A stretch of 32,000 nt of DNA from Candidatus Saccharimonadota bacterium. GTDB lineage: Bacteria > Patescibacteriota > Saccharimonadia > Saccharimonadales > UBA4665. Positions 1 to 5,973 of the stretch are shown one piece after another. The first letter of the stretch is position 1, and each line of letters starts with the position of its first letter. Under the pieces are notes generated by a model. That model was not told where the DNA came from. It searched no databases and saw only the letters and a list, made by a program, of their open reading frames with translations. The position numbers were made by a program, and so were the translations under genes. The DNA lies in NCBI GenBank assembly GCA_002952755.1, contig CP025011.1, positions 900,001 through 932,000 of the forward strand. The letters run 5' to 3'.

Positions 1-153
1 ACGCTATTCATCAATCTGCTACCTTGCCCGCAGTGCAGCCGTATGTTTGCCGAAACCGACATCGAGGAGTTCGTATATGTCCAGGATCACTCTAATGGCT
101 ATGCCGTAAGGATGCTGGAACTAGCCGGCAAAAAAGTAAGGAGAGTTACATAA
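1..153 (+). CDS. cytidine/deoxycytidylate (dCMP) deaminase family protein, C-terminal fragment (5' end outside window)
   Basis: Frame 1 is open from base 1 to TAA at 151-153: TLFINLLPCPQCSRMFAETDIEEFVYVQDHSNGYAVRMLELAGKKVRRVT. A PCxxC zinc-ligand motif near the C-terminus is typical of the CDA/dCMP deaminase fold. The stop overlaps the next start (TAATG at 151-155). Confidence 0.6.
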   Translation, partial: TLFINLLPCPQCSRMFAETDIEEFVYVQDHSNGYAVRMLELAGKKVRRVT

Positions 154-686
154 TGAACATTTTTATCGTGGCCGCGATGACTGCCGATGGCTATATCGGC
201 AAAGATGCCAGCCACTTATCAACCGACTGGACCAATAAGGCAGATAAAGAATTGTTTACACGCTACATCAAACAGGCCAACAATATGGTCATGGGGCGCA
301 GCACGTTCCTGACCACCGCCCAAAAGTATCCTACGGTTTTTACCAAAAGCATGCCAGGCAGGCGACTTTTTGTCTTCACTCACCACCCCGAAGATATTAC
401 TGATTATCCAGAGGTTGAGGCGACTGCCGAAACGCCGCAAGCCTTCATTGAGCGTCTAGAAAAAGAAGGCGTAGAAGATTTGGCCATCTGCGGCGGCACG
501 CAAATCTATAGCATGTTTATGGAAGCCGGACTGGTGAATGACCTCTATATTGATATGCAGGCAACGTTGTTTGGTACCGGACAACCCTTGTTCAACGTTC
601 CGATAGAAACGACCATAAGCCTGCAGAACGTCGAACGCTTGGACGACAGCAACGTCTTGCTGCATTATCGGGTAAAAGAAGACTAG
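153..686 (+). CDS. dihydrofolate reductase family protein (DHFR / RibD C-terminal-like)
   Basis: 177-aa ORF. N-terminal IFIVAAMTADGYIG, then MGRSTF, PGRRLFVFT and ICGGTQIYSMF follow the DHFR pattern (beta-A, MGRxT, PxR, GGxxxY). Translationally coupled to the upstream deaminase. Confidence 0.7.
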   Translation: MNIFIVAAMTADGYIGKDASHLSTDWTNKADKELFTRYIKQANNMVMGRSTFLTTAQKYPTVFTKSMPGRRLFVFTHHPEDITDYPEVEATAETPQAFIERLEKEGVEDLAICGGTQIYSMFMEAGLVNDLYIDMQATLFGTGQPLFNVPIETTISLQNVERLDDSNVLLHYRVKED

Positions 687-788
687 TGGCGATTATTCAA
701 ACCTGACTTTATTCTGTTGTTCGGAATCCACAAAGCTACTTCTGTCTCCTCAGTAAATCCTTTAACCGCGAATTGCAATCTTCATAAT

Positions 789-815
789 GCTACTTTTTTC
801 CCGTAAAAAAGTAGC
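789..815. repeat. perfect 11-bp hairpin (gctactttttt / aaaaaagtagc, 5-nt loop)
   Basis: Read directly: 789-799 is the reverse complement of 805-815. Lies in the long non-coding gap after the DHFR-family gene. Confidence 0.9.
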
Positions 816-850
816 CAAAAACCTCTCGGCCTAAAAATGAAAAAGCCTAC

Positions 851-945
851 TAACAGAGGGAGTTCTTGGACTGAGCCTGCGGAACTCGCCCCTATGGTGC
901 TCAAACAGTCCTCGGCTTTATCCAGTCCAAGAACTCCCTCTGTTA
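851..945. repeat. perfect 23-bp inverted repeat with 49-nt spacer, the core of a ~160-nt rod-like fold (822-981)
   Basis: taacagagggagttcttggactg (851-873) is the exact reverse complement of cagtccaagaactccctctgtta (923-945). Outer pairings extend it: cctctc 822-827 with gagagg 976-981, and ggcc 828-831 with ggcc 962-965. Confidence 0.9.
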
Positions 946-982
946 ATCGGTTTTCCATTACGGCCGAACTAGTCGGAGAGGT

Positions 983-1081
983 GGAGCAGCGGTTGAGAGA
1001 TGGTTAGTGCACACTAAGTCCTGTGGTGGGATTCCGGATCAAGTCCGGAATGACAGGGGTGTTCGAAGCTCTGTCCGCTCC
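983..1081 (+). ncRNA. candidate structured RNA element (three-helix, aptamer-like) upstream of tmk, class unknown
   Basis: Closing helix ggagc(983-987)+gg(991-992) with cc(1075-1076)+gctcc(1077-1081). Inner hairpins at 1004-1017 (ttagt/actaa) and 1020-1057 (cctgt..attccgga tcaag tccggaat..acagg). No convincing ORF. Strand assumed from the downstream gene. Confidence 0.3.
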
Positions 1082-1175
1082 TAATGTTGCAAATGATGCT
1101 AAGGTGTGGCTAAATTATGTTGGGTGCGAGGAGGTGAGGTCCCGCGACGTTAGCACACGGAGGCAACAGACAGTC

Positions 1176-2843
1176 ATGACAGTACAACGCGGCACATTTA
1201 TTGTTTTGGAAGGCGTCGATGGTTCGGGCAAAAGCACACAGTTCCGCCTGCTCGAAGCGCGCTTGCGTCAGGCAGGTTATGATGTGGTTACTTTTGATTT
1301 TCCGCAGTATGACCAACCCTCCAGCTATTTTGTCCGCGAATACCTAGCGGGCAAATACGGCGATGCCAACGCCATCGGCCCGTACACTTCCTCGCTTTTC
1401 TATGCACTGGATCGTTTTGAGGCTGCTCCGGCGATTCATGCCGCGCTTGACGCCGGCAAAATCGTACTAGCTGATCGTTTTACCGGCTCCAGCATGGCCC
1501 ATCAGGGGACCAAATTCCGTTCTCCCGAAGAACGGCGAGGCTATTTTATTTGGCTCGACAACCTCGAATTTGAGATGCTCAAAATTCCGCGCCCCGATTT
1601 GAGTTTTGTGCTGCGCGCGCCACCCGAGATCTCGCAGATGCTACTCGAGCAATCAGGCAAAGCGCGCGATGCTCACGAAAAAGACCCTCGTCATCTTGAA
1701 CATGCTCTGGCAGTGTATGACGACATGACCCAACTTTTCCCAAAGGACTTTCAACGGATCGACTGTGTCCGCGGCGACACATTAATGGAAATCGAAGCGA
1801 TTCAGTCATTGCTCTGGGAAAAGATCAGTCCCTTGCTGCCACCACCCTCGCAACTGGAAATGCCCATGCCCACCCTCTCTAAAGCCGAAGCTACTGCCTC
1901 GCCACAGATTATTGATGCAGCTGCCGCTGAAAAGATGGACGCCTACTACACCCCCGACTCACTCGACGATGACGTTAAGCGCCAGTACAAATTGCATATG
2001 GAGGCGATCATTCGACTGCAGGCCGATATGCATAAAAGCATCGGCACGTATTTGAAAGAACAAGGCCGCGACCCGCACGAAGCTGACGACTTGCTCGCAG
2101 GTCTGACACCGCTTGCCGTCTATGCTGCGGAAGATAGTCAACTTCGCGAGCACATTGAGCAGGGGAGTCTGGCTGCCCTCACCAAGCTTACTCAAGATAC
2201 ATTGCCCTCGCAGCATGCTGCCAGCACTGATGCTGTGCAACTCAGCGAAGTCTGGCCGCGTAACGAGTTCGACCTTATTCCCGACATGCTCTACGGTGCG
2301 AGCAATCTGCCGCTGGCCGACCTCCGGGCGCAAACCAACATTTGGCCCTACACTCGCAAACTTGATGTTATGGAAACATACCTGAAAAGTAGCAATAAAA
2401 CTGCATTCCAAAAAATCCGCTATACGTGGGACATCCTAAGCGACTATGTCTGCTATAAAGCCGTAAGCGAGCACTTCACTATTACGCCGCCGCATCAGCA
2501 GCTTACGCCGCGCTATGGTTATGATATGCCTGACGAAATTGACGCCGCAGGACTGACCGACCAATTCGAACTCGGCTTTGCAGCCAGCCTGGAACTATAC
2601 AGCTTCATGCAGCAAGCCGGGCTCGAACTTGAGGCGCAATACGCCGTACTGGCCGGCCATCGCATGCGCTGGAAGACAACGATCAGCGCCACCGAACTAC
2701 TCGAAACTGGCCTTGCCTCTACAAATAGTGCAATTCGGCCCCTCCTAAACACCATGCGCGAAAAGCTGGGCGAAGTACACCCTATGCTCGCCGAGGCAAT
2801 GTATCCACCATCGACCACTGCTGACTCAATACCAGACTTGTAG
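1176..2843 (+). CDS. tmk: thymidylate kinase (dTMP kinase) fused to a C-terminal ThyX-like (FAD-dependent thymidylate synthase fold) domain with degenerate catalytic motifs
   Basis: MTVQRGTFIVLEGVDGSGKSTQF carries the Tmk P-loop at the canonical distance from ATG 1176. GGAGG sits at 1159-1163. The track ORF starts at 1023, but those 51 extra residues have no Tmk counterpart. DRFTGSSMAHQG is the Tmk core. C-terminal segments line up with the T. maritima ThyX sequence as I recall it (see finding). Confidence 0.8.
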   Translation: MTVQRGTFIVLEGVDGSGKSTQFRLLEARLRQAGYDVVTFDFPQYDQPSSYFVREYLAGKYGDANAIGPYTSSLFYALDRFEAAPAIHAALDAGKIVLADRFTGSSMAHQGTKFRSPEERRGYFIWLDNLEFEMLKIPRPDLSFVLRAPPEISQMLLEQSGKARDAHEKDPRHLEHALAVYDDMTQLFPKDFQRIDCVRGDTLMEIEAIQSLLWEKISPLLPPPSQLEMPMPTLSKAEATASPQIIDAAAAEKMDAYYTPDSLDDDVKRQYKLHMEAIIRLQADMHKSIGTYLKEQGRDPHEADDLLAGLTPLAVYAAEDSQLREHIEQGSLAALTKLTQDTLPSQHAASTDAVQLSEVWPRNEFDLIPDMLYGASNLPLADLRAQTNIWPYTRKLDVMETYLKSSNKTAFQKIRYTWDILSDYVCYKAVSEHFTITPPHQQLTPRYGYDMPDEIDAAGLTDQFELGFAASLELYSFMQQAGLELEAQYAVLAGHRMRWKTTISATELLETGLASTNSAIRPLLNTMREKLGEVHPMLAEAMYPPSTTADSIPDL

Positions 2844-3585
2844 CCACGGGCACTAGCACGTCCGTATCTCCTGTTTCCAGAGCTAGATCCACCACCTCGG
2901 CCGCTCCGGGCCCAAGAGAGGCAGACTGAGTAGACGGCTCATCCAACATCTCGTGCCACTCAGGGTGCATTACGAGGGCTGATACTAGCGCCACCTGAGC
3001 CGTGTGTCTGTACATCTTCGGTGAATCATTATTATCCGAAAGCAACAAACCCCGGCACAGATTCAATATCGGCAGACGGCGCATGATAACCGGCAAACTC
3101 ATTCCAGACACACAATCATACGTATAGCTTCTGGTACGTGGAGCGTCGTCCAAAATAAATGGCGGTTGCATACCGCGAATGGCCGAAACTACAGAAGACG
3201 CGCCTACGGCATCAATGTCGGCAAAAGATTCGTACGGCTCGCGTTTAGATCCCACATGACATATACTGCCGAGCGCAATACGTCCGACAAGTGGCGTGGT
3301 AAGTGCCCACTCAGCTCTATCTGCCGGCCGGGGAGTCTTTTCCAAAAAAGCACTTACTTCCTTGCGACCATTTAGTTTGGCATGCCCGGGTACGAGCAGG
3401 TTTACCGCCACAGGCTGAACGCTATAGTCCCTTAGGCCCGCTGTTATTGCTTGTACTGCATCGGCATTCAGTCCCGGAATATATACACTTTTCTGGGGCT
3501 TTGGCTTTTGCGGCGGTGCATTGCCAAACAGATCTCCTTTTACTGTTCGACGTTTTCCGCCAACTGGTTCTGCGTTATGGCGCAT
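2782..3585 (-). CDS. hypothetical protein (267 aa), no recognisable domain
   Basis: Long ORF. Start set at MRHNAEPVGG because AAGGAG (plus-strand 3591-3596) lies 5 nt upstream of ATG 3585-3583. The 3' end overlaps the tmk fusion convergently by 62 nt. Confidence 0.6.
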   Translation of the reverse strand: MRHNAEPVGGKRRTVKGDLFGNAPPQKPKPQKSVYIPGLNADAVQAITAGLRDYSVQPVAVNLLVPGHAKLNGRKEVSAFLEKTPRPADRAEWALTTPLVGRIALGSICHVGSKREPYESFADIDAVGASSVVSAIRGMQPPFILDDAPRTRSYTYDCVSGMSLPVIMRRLPILNLCRGLLLSDNNDSPKMYRHTAQVALVSALVMHPEWHEMLDEPSTQSASLGPGAAEVVDLALETGDTDVLVPVATSLVLSQQWSMVDTLPRRA

Positions 3586-3610
3586 AGTTACTCCTTTTTT
3601 ATGCAGCCCA

Positions 3611-3646
3611 ACAAAAAACGAGCTCGGATTACGGTCGAGCTCGTTT
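3611..3646 (-). terminator. intrinsic terminator-like hairpin on the minus strand, 26 nt upstream of the 2782-3585 gene start
   Basis: Minus strand reads aaacgagctcg-accgtaatc-cgagctcgttt followed by tttgt. That is an 11-bp stem (3646-3636 / 3626-3616), a 9-nt loop and a run of six T. Confidence 0.65.
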
Positions 3647-3949
3647 AGTGTTTCGGATGGCAATGTATTAATTTCTATGGCAAAACGAGTGACCGCGGCG
3701 AAAGCGCAGCAAGAATAAAGCCCTGAAGGCTAATAATTGCTAAAATCGCGTGGTCCCGTGTAGTCATGTCCGACACACTATTGCACAACTTGGCAACGTG
3801 ACGCAATACCCACCAGAGATGATGCAGTACCTCATAGGGCGACTTCCGAATGTGCTTATTGTAAGTTTGCACGCGCACCCTATATTATTTTGAGTAAACC
3901 ATACACCCCGTCATGCTCAGCCTGACGCTGAATATCGGAAGAGAAATCT

Positions 3950-5749
3950 ATGAGGGAATTAGCAGGTTATTCAGAACAGCTTCCGGCGATTGATCCTACC
4001 TTAGATGCGTTACTAGCGTCGGTTGAGGCTAGTCGGGAGGATCCTTATGGGCTGTCGGTGCCCACCTTTACCTATTCGCGGGGCGCAATAGCTGGCATAG
4101 GCACAGCTCCCGCCCCACACACGCTGCCGTATCAGCCAGAAGAGTTTGCAAGGGACACCCGGATACATCCGATACCAAACACACCAGGTAAAACAATGCG
4201 AAGTGTGCTGGAATATGTAGGATTGGAGAGCGGTGGCCAGGCAGTATTCGTCACTCGCCACTACCCTAACTGCAGCCGATGGTTTGCAGCTCCAGTCGCA
4301 CCAGAACGAGTTGCGACACTAGCCTTAATCGGTAAGCGTCGCTTTGGCGCCGACTTTACCATCGGGGACAAACCCACCGATGACGATACACATTGGCCCA
4401 TAACATTCAAAGCCACCTATGGCTTCGAACCGACCTTTGACGGCGCTATTCCGGATGCATATTTCGACCCCCCGTCCGCGAGGAGGGAAGGTAAAGCGGG
4501 CCGCGACCGACGTCCTAGCCGTATGCTTGTTGCCGGTATAGTCGAAGATTTTTACTCATTCGATGAGATGAACATTCTATTCCGCCTACCTTCTGGCTGG
4601 ACGAAAACGCCAGCCTTCGCCAAAATTCGCTATGGCACTCTGGCGGCCGATATTGTATATGTTGCAGTCTACGATGATAGTGTAGGCGGGGCGGTGACTC
4701 CTGGGCATGAGTATGAATTTCTGCCGGGCGATGTGGTCCACGTCCCAACGAGCGTTTCAGCCGACACAATACTGGCTATAACTGATAGAGAATCAGAAAC
4801 TCCAGCCAAATTACTCCTACAGCCGCCTATGTTTACAGGTCCGGCAGATGAAAGAAAGGCCAACGTTATCGTAGCCGGCGAAGAACGTCTTAGCCGCTAT
4901 CAGACAACCCGCGGCATCATAACCGACTACCTAGATCATCTCAGACAAACCACAGACCCGAGAGCACAAGCTGCAGTTCTATCACGGCTTGCCAATGCAA
5001 CTTACTACACCTTACCGCAACATGCTGGATCGGACAGCACATGGGGAAGGGTTTGCCTAGAAGATGCCGATCTTGCCGCTATCAATGAAGTTCTAATGAC
5101 CATGGATGAAGCCGATAAACCAATATGCTCATTCCTCTTTGAAGAAAAGGCAAGAGACGGCTTTGCCTGTGGACGGGTGGCTGCACAAATGAGGGAACTT
5201 TTAAAATACCCCCAAGCACCACGAGGCCTAATTCATATGCAAAAACGCGAGATAGTAAGCCATACACTTCAACTACTGGCAGACCCACGCACAGAGGATC
5301 AGGGAGTCGCAGACTTCTTTACGTTCGCGTTAGAACGTGGCCATCCCGAAGGAAAAAAGGATCTTGTTAGAACTATCTTAGACAACCTAAGCCAGCTAGG
5401 CGCATACAGCATCGCAACAAGATCAGACATCTTAAAGAGTGTCTTCGATAGTACCGATCATCCCGATTTTGCGTCGGATTGCTTACTCGCCGTCCAAAGC
5501 ACACTTCGTCTTGGCAGCATTCTGAACGGCGAGCATATGCAAAATCTTATGTTTTCCGCTATTGACGGGCTTAAAGGTACGCATGGAGGGCAAAAGGAAG
5601 CGCCGGAGCTAAGTGCATGGTTGCATGTGGCAAAAGAATTACATGGCATTGCAAGCCTGAATTTTAATCAGCAAGGAATGCTCACTCACACAATCGCTGA
5701 GCTGGATGGTTACATAAAAGTTATCGAAAACCAGCTTAATTCTGCTTAG
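3950..5749 (+). CDS. hypothetical protein (599 aa), no recognisable domain
   Basis: Uninterrupted 599-codon ORF. Only short antisense ORFs overlap it. By eye it is rich in AGA/AGG/ATA codons compared with the housekeeping genes here. Confidence 0.7.
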   Translation: MRELAGYSEQLPAIDPTLDALLASVEASREDPYGLSVPTFTYSRGAIAGIGTAPAPHTLPYQPEEFARDTRIHPIPNTPGKTMRSVLEYVGLESGGQAVFVTRHYPNCSRWFAAPVAPERVATLALIGKRRFGADFTIGDKPTDDDTHWPITFKATYGFEPTFDGAIPDAYFDPPSARREGKAGRDRRPSRMLVAGIVEDFYSFDEMNILFRLPSGWTKTPAFAKIRYGTLAADIVYVAVYDDSVGGAVTPGHEYEFLPGDVVHVPTSVSADTILAITDRESETPAKLLLQPPMFTGPADERKANVIVAGEERLSRYQTTRGIITDYLDHLRQTTDPRAQAAVLSRLANATYYTLPQHAGSDSTWGRVCLEDADLAAINEVLMTMDEADKPICSFLFEEKARDGFACGRVAAQMRELLKYPQAPRGLIHMQKREIVSHTLQLLADPRTEDQGVADFFTFALERGHPEGKKDLVRTILDNLSQLGAYSIATRSDILKSVFDSTDHPDFASDCLLAVQSTLRLGSILNGEHMQNLMFSAIDGLKGTHGGQKEAPELSAWLHVAKELHGIASLNFNQQGMLTHTIAELDGYIKVIENQLNSA

Positions 5750-5813
5750 CGCATAGCAAAGTTACACCGCCCAACCGCCCTAGGCTAGAGCCACAAACTG
5801 GTGTCCGGAAAGC

Positions 5814-5842
5814 TTGACCAACCCACACCAGGAGAGTACAAT
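5814..5842 (+). promoter_or_regulatory. sigma70-like promoter TTGACC-N17-TACAAT
   Basis: TTGACC 5814-5819, 17-nt spacer, TACAAT 5837-5842. The predicted start near 5849 is 1-3 nt before ATG 5852. Confidence 0.55.
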
Positions 5843-5851
5843 TCCGTCATT

Positions 5852-5908
5852 ATGGCTAAAGGTTTCATGGGTCTCGTCCTTATTGTCGGCTCGGAAGAGC
5901 TCGGTTAG
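5852..5908 (+). CDS. candidate 18-codon leader peptide MAKGFMGLVLIVGSEELG
   Basis: ATG 5852 to TAG 5906-5908. Five consecutive Leu/Val/Ile codons lie at 5873-5887. The ORF sits between a near-consensus promoter and a terminator, and its stop lies inside a segment that can pair with the terminator 5' arm. Confidence 0.35.
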   Translation: MAKGFMGLVLIVGSEELG

Positions 5909-5932
5909 GCGCGGCCTCAAGAAACCACGACC

Positions 5933-5957
5933 AACCGGGCTCCAGCCCGGTTTTTTT
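5933..5957 (+). terminator. intrinsic terminator / attenuator hairpin 17 nt upstream of the 5974 gene
   Basis: aaccgggc (5933-5940) pairs with gcccggtt (5945-5952), loop tcca, and the T run extends to 5957 (ttttttt). Confidence 0.7.
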
Positions 5958-5973
5958 ATAATCAGAAAGAACT

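Noticed and set aside
837-1007. 56-codon ORF (MKKPTNRGSSWTEPAEL...) inside the long gap
   Set aside because: It has no ribosome-binding site and a low-complexity Ser/Pro/Arg composition. The reading frame simply traverses both arms of a perfect 23-bp inverted repeat, so an RNA or DNA structure explains the region better.
1031-1051. tRNA-like anticodon arm (tccgg-ATCAAGT-ccgga, would read CAA)
   Set aside because: The flanks give no acceptable T arm, because gggtg/ctctg around TTCGAAG does not pair. No D arm or acceptor stem is present. Not a tRNA or a clear tRNA remnant.
975-1083. Resemblance of the termini (GGAGAG... ...CCGCTCC) to the THF-I riboswitch crystal construct, in a folate/thymidylate context
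   Set aside because: Only the closing-helix ends look alike, and P1 sequence is not the conserved part of that class. The internal helices do not match what I remember. The claim is left to a cmscan test rather than asserted.
1023-1175. 51-codon N-terminal extension of the tmk ORF as given in the ORF track (start at 1023)
   Set aside because: The Tmk P-loop sits at the canonical distance from ATG 1176, which also has a GGAGG upstream. The extension overlaps strongly paired hairpins and has no Tmk counterpart.
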